A DNA stretch of 64,000 nucleotides from an uncultured Acidobacteriota bacterium (GTDB lineage: Bacteria; Acidobacteriota; Thermoanaerobaculia; Gp7-AA8). Shown piece by piece: positions 51,039 through 59,591 of this stretch. Position numbers and translations under genes: made by a program. The notes beneath the pieces were generated by a model. It was not told the origin of the DNA and ran no database searches. It worked only from the letters and a program-made list of their open reading frames with translations. Every line of letters begins with the position of its first letter. Position 1 is the first letter of the stretch. Where the stretch lies: NCBI GenBank assembly GCA_963741955.1, contig CAVUKB010000007.1, positions 896,001-960,000 on the forward strand, read 5' to 3'.

Positions 51039-51332
51039 ATGTCACGGGTGAGCCAACAGCCATACTCGTTGTACGTCCTCTGGAGCGAGCGAGGTCGTCG
51101 GTTCTACATCGGAATCAGCGAAGATCCAGGTCGCCGATTGGAGCAGCACAACTCGGACGAGAACAAGGGATGGACGCGTAGGTACGCCCCCTGGAAGATG
51201 GCTCACGTCGAGAGATTCGAAACGTACGCGGACGCGCGGCGGCGAGAGATCGAATTGAAAGCGCAGAAGAGAGGCTGCGGATTTTTCGAGAAGACCGGCC
51301 TCGACCCCACCGAATTCGGGTTGGGCTCATAA
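51039..51332 (+). CDS. small GIY-YIG nuclease family protein
   Basis: YSLYVL...FYIG, RRLEQHN, ARRREIELK; stop codon is the TAA of GGGCTCATAA. Confidence 0.9.
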   Translation: MSRVSQQPYSLYVLWSERGRRFYIGISEDPGRRLEQHNSDENKGWTRRYAPWKMAHVERFETYADARRREIELKAQKRGCGFFEKTGLDPTEFGLGS

Positions 51333-51347
51333 TCCCGCAAGGCGGGA

Positions 51348-51378
<31 letters not shown>

Positions 51379-51479
51379 CTGAAATCGAGCGAACGCCGCC
51401 GCGAGGCGGCGTTTCTTTGCAAAGAGAGGGTCTCGATCCGGCGGAGTTCGAGAGGGGCTCATAATCCCGCAAGGCGGGA

Positions 51480-51510
<31 letters not shown>

Positions 51511-51625
51511 CTGAAATCGAGCGAACGCCGCCGCGAGGCGGCGTTTTTGTTCTCTTTCTCTGGAAATCCACTCGGCCGACACTTCTCGCTCTGCTACGGG
51601 TCCTGATCTGTGCCAGACTGACAAT

Positions 51626-52681
51626 GTGGACGAACCATTCATCGCGCGGTTGGAGCAGAGCTGCGATACGAAGTGGCATGCCATTGACCGGGCCGCCGAA
51701 CGTACGCAGACGGAATTGCGCCGGATCGGAACGGCTCTCGCGAAGTTCGACGATCCTTCGACCTCAATCATCGCAACAGGTTCGTACGGTCGAGGTGAGG
51801 TGACTGGGAAAAGCGATCTGGACTGGATTCTCCTCATCGACGGCCCTTCGGATCCCAACCATCTCAAGCTTGCTCGCGGTATCGAAAGCGAGTTGGCGAA
51901 GATGGAGATCAAGTCTCCTGGACCGACCGGGACGTTCGGCTCCCTGGTCGACAGCCACGAGCTCGTTCATCACATCGGCGGTACGAGTGATACCAACGAG
52001 AATCTCACGAGGCGGGTGCTCCTCCTGACCGAATCGGTGGCGCTCACTCACCCCGAAATCAGGGAACGGGTGATCCGAAATGTCCTCTCTCGGTACGTAG
52101 TTCACGATCGTCCGATCGCCAGCCGCTCCGACCGCAAACCAAGCCGCATTCCACATTTTCTGTTGAACGATGTGGTGCGCTACTGGCGCACGATTGCTTC
52201 GGATTTCGCTTCGAAGATGTGGGAACGAGCGGGAGAGGGATGGGCGATTCGAAATGTGAAGCTTCGATTCTCCAGGAAACTGATCTTCGTAGCCGGACTT
52301 CTAACGTGCTTTTCCGCCGAAATCCTCAGGCCGGTTCCACTCGAGGGTGCTTCAGACGACGAAGCCTTCTTCGTTCTCCTGGCCGACTTCATCCGTGAAC
52401 AGAGCAACCTGCAGCCACTGGAAAAGCTGGCTCGAACGATTCTTCCGTATCCCGAGACGGCCCTGAAAATTCTGGGGCCGTATGATTTCTTTCTTTCGAT
52501 CCTCGATGACGAATCCGAACGGGAGGTGCTTGAAAAGGTCACCTTCGAGCAGGCGCCATCGAATGAGATCTATAATCGACTTCGGGACCGAAGCCAGGAA
52601 TTCCGTGACGGTATCGAGAGGCTGTTCTTCGACGACGATCCGGATTTGCGGCGACTGATTCGAAAGGTGGGGGTGTTCTGA
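51626..52681 (+). CDS. Pol-beta-like nucleotidyltransferase with helical C-terminal domain
   Basis: TGSYGRGE...SDLD motif; RRVLLLTES, LLNDVVRYWRT, NVKLRFSRK. Confidence 0.85.
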   Translation: MDEPFIARLEQSCDTKWHAIDRAAERTQTELRRIGTALAKFDDPSTSIIATGSYGRGEVTGKSDLDWILLIDGPSDPNHLKLARGIESELAKMEIKSPGPTGTFGSLVDSHELVHHIGGTSDTNENLTRRVLLLTESVALTHPEIRERVIRNVLSRYVVHDRPIASRSDRKPSRIPHFLLNDVVRYWRTIASDFASKMWERAGEGWAIRNVKLRFSRKLIFVAGLLTCFSAEILRPVPLEGASDDEAFFVLLADFIREQSNLQPLEKLARTILPYPETALKILGPYDFFLSILDDESEREVLEKVTFEQAPSNEIYNRLRDRSQEFRDGIERLFFDDDPDLRRLIRKVGVF

Positions 52682-53418
52682 TGCGGGGAGTCGGATTCTC
52701 GACCGGGGCTCTCGCGAAAGGCGACTTCGCGAAAGGAGTATCGCTTCAGAATGCGCGTCCCGAACTTCGCGCGATCGAACTGTCCGCTCTGCGAGAGCAC
52801 GAGCTTCCGCAGCTGGCCCTGGGCTTCAGGAATCTCGATCTCACGCGCGCCACGTATATTTCGATCCACGCTCCGAGCAAGCTGCGCGAGTTTTCCGAAC
52901 ACCGGGTCCTGGAGCTCCTTTCCGATCTCCCGGCGAAGTGGCCCATCATCGTCCATCCCGAGATTGTCGAGACACCGGAGCTCTGGCGCACGCTCGGAAG
53001 CCGCCTCTGCCTCGAGAACATGGACAACCGGAAACCGAACGGCCGAACGCTGGAAGAGGTTCGGCAACTCCTCTCCGAGTTCCCGGAGGCATCGTTCTGC
53101 CTCGACCTCGGACACGCCCGTCAGATCGATCCAACCATGGCCACTGCAATGCGGATGGCGCTCGAGTTCGGCGACCGACTCAGGCAGATCCACGTGAGTG
53201 AAGTCGGTCTCCGGGGCGAACATCTTCCGCTCGGCGCGCTGGCGATCTATGCGTTTCAGCTGGTCGCGCCGTTGCTCCCAGCCGAATGCCCGGTGATCAT
53301 CGAATCGGTGGTTCCGGAGGCGGCAATTGAGAGTGAGATCCGGAAGATCCTGGCGCTTTTCGGCAGAGAAGGCGGGTCGAACTGGTCCCTCGAAGAGGCC
53401 GCAGCCCTCGCGAGTTGA
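52681..53418 (+). CDS. xylose isomerase/AP endonuclease 2-like TIM-barrel protein
   Basis: Metal-ligand pattern SIHAP, IVHP, CLENM, LDLGH, QIHVS, IIES; start overlaps the upstream stop (TGATG). Confidence 0.8.
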   Translation: MRGVGFSTGALAKGDFAKGVSLQNARPELRAIELSALREHELPQLALGFRNLDLTRATYISIHAPSKLREFSEHRVLELLSDLPAKWPIIVHPEIVETPELWRTLGSRLCLENMDNRKPNGRTLEEVRQLLSEFPEASFCLDLGHARQIDPTMATAMRMALEFGDRLRQIHVSEVGLRGEHLPLGALAIYAFQLVAPLLPAECPVIIESVVPEAAIESEIRKILALFGREGGSNWSLEEAAALAS

Positions 53419-53506
53419 TTCTCCCGAGATCGCGCCGTCCGCGGAGGCTGCTTTAAACTTTGGTCGCCCGGACGCTCAGGTCGAGCGACCTCGAATTGAT
53501 ACCTTC

Positions 53507-53689
53507 GACGTCGACTCGTTCCGCCCGCTCGATCGCCTCGCGTTCGAAGGGAAGCGCACCAAGGGACAGGTCGAGCTCGACACCGGAGCGGTGGCGCATC
53601 AGAAGGACATGCGTGCGGCGGGAAAACTCGATGGCGTCGCTAAAACGAAGCCGAAGCGGGCGCCGGTCTCGATCAGAGACTCAGCGTCG
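53507..53689 (-). pseudogene. duplicated internal fragment of the nucleotidyltransferase gene at 55172-55744
   Basis: Near-identical to 55394-55583, with a short frameshifting deletion. Confidence 0.85.
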
Positions 53690-53889
53690 CGCTCGCCGCG
53701 ATTTTCGCGAGAGGCAACAGAGACATATATCTCGCGCCCGTGCTCCCAGTTCGCCCTCATCGGCGACTGGATGGTCTTGACCGACGACGCTTCGCTCCTT
53801 CTGTGCGGAGCCTTCGTGGGGAACTCAAGCGAAGAAGGGTCGGGAATGATGAAGCCTGCACCTCGGTGCAACGGCGAAGGCGCGAGCTT

Positions 53890-54501
53890 TCACCAGCCCG
53901 TAGGTTTGTGGATCGCGCCGTTCGCGTCTTCGAGGATGGTAGGAAGCTGCGAGTCGGTCAGCGCCCATTTGCGGACGTCCTTCACGAAGCTTGCGCAGTT
54001 CCGCAATGCGACCGACTGCCTCCGGTGGGGATTGATCACCCCGACCGCCTTCGCGAGATGCTTGCGCACCGCACGAACAGGTGCGACGAGATCAGAATCG
54101 TTCGAAACGATCGCGGCCACGTCGAAGTTGTCCAGGAATCCATCGACGAGGAGCTCCGTCGCGAGATTCACGTCGGAGCCCTTCTCCTTCATGTCAATCA
54201 CCTCGACGGTTCCCTTGCCGCTGGCCAGCGGCCGGCGAACGGGATGGGACTGGAACGACCCGAGAAAGACGTCGATCTCCGGCACGGTGGCGAGTGCGCG
54301 GAGGTAGGTTTGCTGTCGGACTTGCTTGATGGAGTCGGAGGAGGACGGCTTAACCATCGCGGTGAAGTACTTCACTCGCACGACCTCGTTCTTCGGGAGC
54401 ATCGCCTGAGCGAAGCGAAAGAGGTTGAGCCAGCGGTACGGCGTTCCCTTGATGCAGCCGTAGTAGAAGTTGAAACCATCGATGTAGCAGATCGTCTTCA
54501 T
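53890..54501 (-). CDS. NYN domain (LabA/DUF88, PIN-like) protein
   Basis: YIDGFNFYYG, VKYFTA, EKGSDVNLA, SNDSD. Confidence 0.9.
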   Translation of the reverse strand: MKTICYIDGFNFYYGCIKGTPYRWLNLFRFAQAMLPKNEVVRVKYFTAMVKPSSSDSIKQVRQQTYLRALATVPEIDVFLGSFQSHPVRRPLASGKGTVEVIDMKEKGSDVNLATELLVDGFLDNFDVAAIVSNDSDLVAPVRAVRKHLAKAVGVINPHRRQSVALRNCASFVKDVRKWALTDSQLPTILEDANGAIHKPTGW

Positions 54502-54574
54502 GGCCGGAAAAAAGCAGAGGCCGCCGTGAGGCGGCCCCGCGCCCTCCGCCGAAGCAGGAGGGGTGATTGGCCAG

Positions 54575-54603
54575 ATGATATGCCCTTGTCCTATCGGGGT
54601 CAA
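54575..54603 (-). promoter_or_regulatory. sigma-70 promoter upstream of the NYN gene
   Basis: TTGACC-N17-TATCAT on the minus strand. Confidence 0.7.
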
Positions 54604-54680
54604 CGCCGTCGGGGGCATTCTCGCGTCCTCGTTGCATCTTCGGGGGGCCCATGACAGCCCTGAGAAGGAGTGGGTGACGA

Positions 54681-54840
54681 ATGGACCTTTCTCATCGCGG
54701 ACACCTTCACCGGTAGCCTGACGTCCCGCAACGGCGACGAGCAGAAAGCGGTGAAGACCACTGCGGTCGATCTGCAGATCGATCGGTGAATCCGGGGATG
54801 CAGTTCCATCGGTTGAGCAAGCCGAAGAATCCGAATTTCA
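54681..54840 (+). pseudogene. frameshifted N-terminal remnant of a UvrD-like helicase gene
   Basis: FLIADTFTGSL...DEQKAVKTTAVDLQ / NPGMQFHRL..KNPNF resembles from memory the RelE-like N-terminus of defence-island UvrD helicases; stop and frameshift present. Confidence 0.55.
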
Positions 54841-55171
54841 AACTGCGGGGAAATGGGGCCAGGCCTTCGCCTGTCGGTTCGTCCCCCTATGCCGCTGTCG
54901 TAGCGGCACTTCGGTTGTGCTGTATCGGCGCGGAGTGTCCTCCATGGTCGTCCGGAATGGTCGTCTGAGACTGCCAGAGGCGGCGTGTTCACTCGGGACC
55001 TGTTCCACGAGGATCAGGACCCTCGGCATTTCGCGAAATCAGAGGGACCCTCGATCGGCTCGCACGGCCACTTCGACTCGAGTTTCGCGGAGCGGTGTAC
55101 CTCGTCACCCGGCGCGGCTACGAGCCGTTTCAATTCGCGGAGAAGTCGTCTTCGTGCAGGAGAGATCAGCT

Positions 55172-55744
55172 TCAGTGCTTGCGTCGCTTCAGGAGATTCT
55201 GCAGCTCGTCGAAGATCTCAGGCATCTCCAGCACGGCAGAGAACTGGCGAACCCAGCCGCGGATTCGATCGAGATCGAGATCACTGTGACTGTCGACCAT
55301 GCCGGCAATGTCGGCGATGTCCTGCGGGCGGCGGGCCAGTGCCTTCATGATGATGAGGTCTTCGGCCGAGGCGATGGAGATCTCGAGTCCGCGGACGTCG
55401 ACTCGTTCCGCCCGCTCGATCGCCTCGCGTTCGAAGGGAAGCGCGCCAAGGGACAGGTCGAGCTCGACACCGGAGCGGTGGCGCATCAGAAGGACATGCG
55501 TGCGGCGGGAAAACTCGATGGCGTCGCTAATGCGGGGAACGAAGCCGAAGCGGGCGCCGGTCTCGATCAGAGACTCAGCGTCGGCACCGATCACCACCGC
55601 GTCGACGTCCTCGGTCAATCGCGGCTGGCCCTGAAGCCCCGCGGCGACGCCGCCGATGATCGTCGCCTCGAGGCCTTCACCATCGATCCAGCGCATCAGG
55701 TCGGCGAGCGTTGCACGAAGAGGATCAATGGAATCGTCCGTCAC
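55172..55744 (-). CDS. nucleotidyltransferase (DUF6036/AbiEii-like)
   Basis: IIGGVAAG..G.PRLTEDVD, SAEDLIIMK...RPQDIADI. Confidence 0.85.
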   Translation of the reverse strand: MTDDSIDPLRATLADLMRWIDGEGLEATIIGGVAAGLQGQPRLTEDVDAVVIGADAESLIETGARFGFVPRISDAIEFSRRTHVLLMRHRSGVELDLSLGALPFEREAIERAERVDVRGLEISIASAEDLIIMKALARRPQDIADIAGMVDSHSDLDLDRIRGWVRQFSAVLEMPEIFDELQNLLKRRKH

Positions 55745-55971
55745 AGTTTTTCCATTCGGGACCGCAACTGACGCCAGATCTCGCGGACCCTTCGATCACC
55801 CTCGGCACGACGAGAGAGATCGAACAACGACGCCGACCTCATCAGCCGTCCGATTCGCGACAACTTCTCTTCCGGCGTCATCGTCGCCACCGAGCGCTTC
55901 TGGCGAGCATTGGCCGCCTCGAGGCCCTCGAGCCACGTGACCAGCTCCTCGCGATCGACTGGCGGCTGCAT
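55741..55971 (-). CDS. small hypothetical partner of the nucleotidyltransferase
   Basis: 76 aa, MTPEEKL motif, ATGA overlap with the downstream gene. Confidence 0.65.
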   Translation of the reverse strand: MQPPVDREELVTWLEGLEAANARQKRSVATMTPEEKLSRIGRLMRSASLFDLSRRAEGDRRVREIWRQLRSRMEKL

Positions 55972-56030
55972 CGGGTGAGTTTATCACCCGGAGAACCCCA
56001 GGGTCCTTCGGACAACCGGAGACACCCTAG

Positions 56031-56189
56031 GAGTCTGCGCGGTAGAAACGTCCGTAGCGAGAAAGCGGAGCAGCGAGGCCAAATTCGTTCGGATTTGAGG
56101 TGCGTAGCGGTGGCTACTCGCCGAAAATCCGGACGGATTTGGACCGCTGATCCGTTTTCGCAGCAGGACAGTTTCTATCGCGCAGACTC
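56031..56189. mobile_element. 159-bp MITE (second copy)
   Basis: TIRs GAGTCTGCGCG(G/A)TAGAAAC, CTAG on both sides. Confidence 0.9.
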
Positions 56190-56335
56190 CTAGGCCGACG
56201 CGGAAAAATGGGGCCCGGACTACGGGGAAATCGGGCCAGGCCTTCGCCTGTCGGTTCTTCGATCCGATCGAACGCCCTGCGGAGACGCTCACTTGAACCG
56301 CAGGGGAGGGCATCGGCACATCAACTCCCGGAGAC

Positions 56336-56506
56336 TCAGGTCACGAAATCACAGTTCGGCGAGGTGGCTTTCAGGAGAGCGTCAAGCTTCTCGACGGTCG
56401 GAACGGCGTCACCGCGCTCACAGCGGGCGTACGCGTTCCGCGACGAGGCACCGAGCCGCGAGGCGATCTCACGAAGGGATCGTCCGCTCGCGCGCGCGAC
56501 ATCGGC
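56336..56506 (-). pseudogene. XRE-HTH remnant (resembles the C-terminus of HicB-HTH antitoxins)
   Basis: SGRSLREIASRLGASSRNAYARCERGDAVPTVEKLDALL*, preceded by an in-frame stop. Confidence 0.55.
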
Positions 56507-56552
56507 TCCCTACACGCCACCGGCAACGAACGACACCGCGTCTCATCATCCA

Positions 56553-56581
56553 TTGACACCTGACCTGTCACATGTCAAGCT
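56553..56581 (+). promoter_or_regulatory. promoter/operator of the phd-vapC operon (probably leaderless)
   Basis: TTGACA...TGTCAA inverted repeat; TTGACA-N17-CAAGCT ends 7 bp before the ATG. Confidence 0.55.
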
Positions 56582-56588
56582 CATTGTC

Positions 56589-56852
56589 ATGAAGACGATC
56601 AACGCCCTCGAGATGCGTCAATCCCTCGGGAAGGTGCTGCGACAGCTCGAGAAGGGCTCCGGACCGGTGCTCGTGGAACAGCGGCGGCACCCGGTGGCGG
56701 TGCTCATCAGCCTCGAGGACTATCAGAAACGCTTCGCCGATCGCGACGCGGACGAGAAGAGAAAAGAGATCGTCGCGAGGATCCGCGAGTTGAAATTCAA
56801 GGCTCCCGCCGGAGAGACGACGCTCGATCTGCTGAGGAACATCCGGTCGTGA
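56589..56852 (+). CDS. Phd/YefM family antitoxin
   Basis: MKTINALEMRQSLGKVL...PVAVLISLEDY. Confidence 0.88.
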   Translation: MKTINALEMRQSLGKVLRQLEKGSGPVLVEQRRHPVAVLISLEDYQKRFADRDADEKRKEIVARIRELKFKAPAGETTLDLLRNIRS

Positions 56853-57253
56853 TCGTTCTGGATGCCTCCGTCGCGCTGAAGTGGTTCGCGCCGGACGAGC
56901 CGCTCGCGGCAGCGGCGTCGAGAGTTCTCGACGAAGTGGAACGAGCGCCGCAGCAGTTCCTGGTTCCCGACATTTTCATGGCTGAATGTCTCGCGGTCCT
57001 CTGTCGGATGCGCGGCGCCACTGCCGAAAAGGTGCAGGAGGCCGTCGAGCTTCTCGAGTCCCTGGGAATGTCCCACATCCCGGTCGGACACGAGGTGCTG
57101 CAGCTCGCTGCTCGCTATGCGCTGGAATGGAAGTTGTCGGGATATGACGCGATCTACGTTGCTCTCGCATCGCTGAGTGGCGCCACCTGGCTCACCGCCG
57201 ACCAGCGCGCCGCGCGGCGCGTGAAGGTGAACGTTCTGGCGCGGGTGCTCTGA
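56849..57253 (+). CDS. vapC: VapC-family PIN toxin
   Basis: IVLDASVALKW, E, YDAIYVALA, LTAD; GTGA overlap with the antitoxin. Confidence 0.9.
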   Translation: MIVLDASVALKWFAPDEPLAAAASRVLDEVERAPQQFLVPDIFMAECLAVLCRMRGATAEKVQEAVELLESLGMSHIPVGHEVLQLAARYALEWKLSGYDAIYVALASLSGATWLTADQRAARRVKVNVLARVL

Positions 57254-57275
57254 CAACGACGCGAGAACCTCGTAC

Positions 57276-57340
57276 GAGCCGAGCCCAGCCCCGAGCCTCG
57301 AGCCCCGAGCCCCGAGCCTCGAGCCCCGAGCCTCGAGCCT
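57276..57340. repeat. heptamer tandem repeat (GAGCCYC)
   Basis: About 8 units between convergent genes. Confidence 0.7.
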
Positions 57341-57347
57341 CCCGCCT

Positions 57348-57824
57348 CTACCTCTCCGACGCCATCTTCCTGAAGAACTCCTCGGCCCGCTTGTTCGTCT
57401 CCGCGTCCGTCAGGTCCTCTTTCCGCGTGGCGATCCACCAGACGTACCCCTCCGGGTCGGCGACGGCGCCGGCGCGGTCGCCCCAGAACTGGTCGTCGAT
57501 CGGCATCTGCACCTTCGCTCCTGCGCCGACGGCGCGCGCGAAGAGGGTGTCGCTGTCGTTGACGAAGAGCCACAACCCGGCCGCCGAGCCGCCGAAGCTC
57601 TTCGGCCCCTTGCTGCCACCCATGGCGTCGTTGACCATGAACCTCGAGTCGCCGATCTTCAGCTCGGCATGCATGATCTTCCCGTCCGGACCGACGCTGC
57701 GGCTGATCTCCTCCGCGCCGAGCGCCTTCCGGTACCACTCGATCGTCCCTGCGGCATCGTCGAGCGTCAGTTGCGGCGTGATGGTGTGATACCCCTCGGG
57801 GACTGGGCGCGCTGCCTTGGCCAT
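57348..57824 (-). CDS. VOC/PhnB family protein
   Basis: PEGYHTITP, IMHAELKIGDS, QFWGDR, DPEG. Confidence 0.92.
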   Translation of the reverse strand: MAKAARPVPEGYHTITPQLTLDDAAGTIEWYRKALGAEEISRSVGPDGKIMHAELKIGDSRFMVNDAMGGSKGPKSFGGSAAGLWLFVNDSDTLFARAVGAGAKVQMPIDDQFWGDRAGAVADPEGYVWWIATRKEDLTDAETNKRAEEFFRKMASER

Positions 57825-57951
57825 CGAAACTCCTCCCGCAGCGCGGTCATGCAAGTCGAATGCACGAGCTCGTGAGCGCATCGGGAAAAGTTGCCAGGAG
57901 AACCGCGGAAGGCAATATCGTGATGGGTGGAGCCGTTACTGGCACTTGCTA

Positions 57952-57979
57952 TTGACATGATAACCCCAGAGGTTAATAT
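57952..57979 (+). promoter_or_regulatory. higBA promoter with palindromic operator
   Basis: TTGACA-N16-TAATAT with TAACC-N5-GGTTA between the -35 and -10 elements. Confidence 0.6.
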
Positions 57980-57991
57980 GCCTGATCTCGA

Positions 57992-58330
57992 GTGGACTTA
58001 TCATTCAAGAACACGGCCCTTCGGAACCTGTGTGACAGCGACAAGCTGCTGCAGAAGCGCTTTGGAGCCGAAGGCATGAAGAAGATCAGGCAGCGGCTCG
58101 ACGAGTTCAACGCTGCGGAGAATCTCGCTGTGATCGGACTGCTCCCTGGCCCGCGATGCGAGGAACTGAAAGGCAGCCGGACGGGGCAACTCTCGGTCCG
58201 CGCGCACGGAGGCTTTCGCATCATCTTCCGCCCGGCGCAGGAGCCGCCGCCGACCAAACCCGATGGAGGGCTGGACTGGAAGTCGGTCACAGCGCTCCAC
58301 GTACTTTCGATCGAGGACTACCATGACTGA
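57992..58330 (+). CDS. higB: HigB-like (RelE family, killer-suppression) toxin
   Basis: MDLSFKN, RCEELKGSRTGQLSV, RIIF, IEDYH. Confidence 0.85.
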   Translation: MDLSFKNTALRNLCDSDKLLQKRFGAEGMKKIRQRLDEFNAAENLAVIGLLPGPRCEELKGSRTGQLSVRAHGGFRIIFRPAQEPPPTKPDGGLDWKSVTALHVLSIEDYHD

Positions 58331-59414
58331 TTTCCCCAGGACCCAGTACGCCCCCTCGCGGGTCTCCCCGCCGGGAGACACACTCGCCGAGACGTTGGAG
58401 GAGATCGGGATGTCTCAGGCGGAGCTCGCACGCCGGATGGGGCGGCCCACGAAGACGATCAATGAGATCGTCCAGGCGAAGACGGCCATCCTCCCGGAGA
58501 CGGCATTCCAGCTGGAGACAGTACTCGGCATTCCGGCGTCATTCTGGCTGGCACGCGAAACGGCATACCGGACCTGGCTCGCCCAGGAGGCGCGCGACAC
58601 TGCGGATATCGCGCCCGAGACGGTCGAGTGGGCTGGCCGGTTCCCTTGCAAGGAAATGGCGAAACGAGGCTGGATCGAAACGCGCGCGAAGAAGATCGAC
58701 TACGTTCAAGGCCTCTTCTCGTTCTTTGGTGTCGCGTCCGTTTCCGCCTGGGAGGCCACCTGGAACCGGCCGGAAGTCGCTTTCCGCCGGTCACTGACGA
58801 AGGAGGGCAACCGGTTCGCAGTTTCGGCCTGGCTTCGCAGGGGTGAAATCGAGGCAGCGAGCGAGAAGGCAGCGCCGTATGACGCGACCGCCTTTCGGAA
58901 CGCGCTCGAGTACTGCCGCACGTTGACTACGGCGGAGCCGGAGCTGTTCCGCTCGGAAATCGAGAAGGCGTGTGCCAGTTCCGGAGTCACAGTTCTGTTC
59001 GTGCGCGAACTTCCGAGCGCATCCGTCTCCGGCGCTGCACGCTGGCTCACGACGAAGCGGGCGCTGATCCAGCTCACATTGCGCTTCAAGACCGATGACC
59101 AACTCTGGTTCTCGTTTTTCCATGAAGCTGCACACGTCCTGCTGCACCCGAAGAAGGGCATCTTCGTCGACAACGGGCAGGGAACTTCCACGCAGGAAAA
59201 AGAAGCGGATGCGTTCGCGGGCAATATGCTGATTCCAGATGACGCGTTCGACGAGTTCACGCACGTCCGTCCAGTCTCGGCGCAGCGCGTTGAGGCGTTC
59301 GCCGCGAAGCAAGGCATCGCGCCCGGCATCGTCGTTGGGCGCCTCCAGCATGAGCACATCCTCCCCTTCAATCAGCTGAATCACTTGAAGCGGCGGCTGG
59401 CATGGACGGACTGA
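58323..59414 (+). CDS. higA: HigA-type HTH antitoxin fused to ImmA/IrrE metallopeptidase
   Basis: SPPGDTL, MSQAELARRMG, FWL; WFSFFHEAAH, EKEADAFA. Confidence 0.88.
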   Translation: MTDFPRTQYAPSRVSPPGDTLAETLEEIGMSQAELARRMGRPTKTINEIVQAKTAILPETAFQLETVLGIPASFWLARETAYRTWLAQEARDTADIAPETVEWAGRFPCKEMAKRGWIETRAKKIDYVQGLFSFFGVASVSAWEATWNRPEVAFRRSLTKEGNRFAVSAWLRRGEIEAASEKAAPYDATAFRNALEYCRTLTTAEPELFRSEIEKACASSGVTVLFVRELPSASVSGAARWLTTKRALIQLTLRFKTDDQLWFSFFHEAAHVLLHPKKGIFVDNGQGTSTQEKEADAFAGNMLIPDDAFDEFTHVRPVSAQRVEAFAAKQGIAPGIVVGRLQHEHILPFNQLNHLKRRLAWTD

Positions 59415-59591
59415 CCGGCGTCTGCGCACGCTTTTTCGGGATTTCCGAAGCGGAGCTCTGACCCTCGCCTTCCCCCTGACCCTCGCCTTCACTCGCTTTC
59501 ACCTGCCTGAGCCGGCGGACGAAAGCCATAGCCACATACCACCTCCGACCGCCCCCGCCCGGCCCGGCGTTTGCGTGAGATGATGGAGCGT

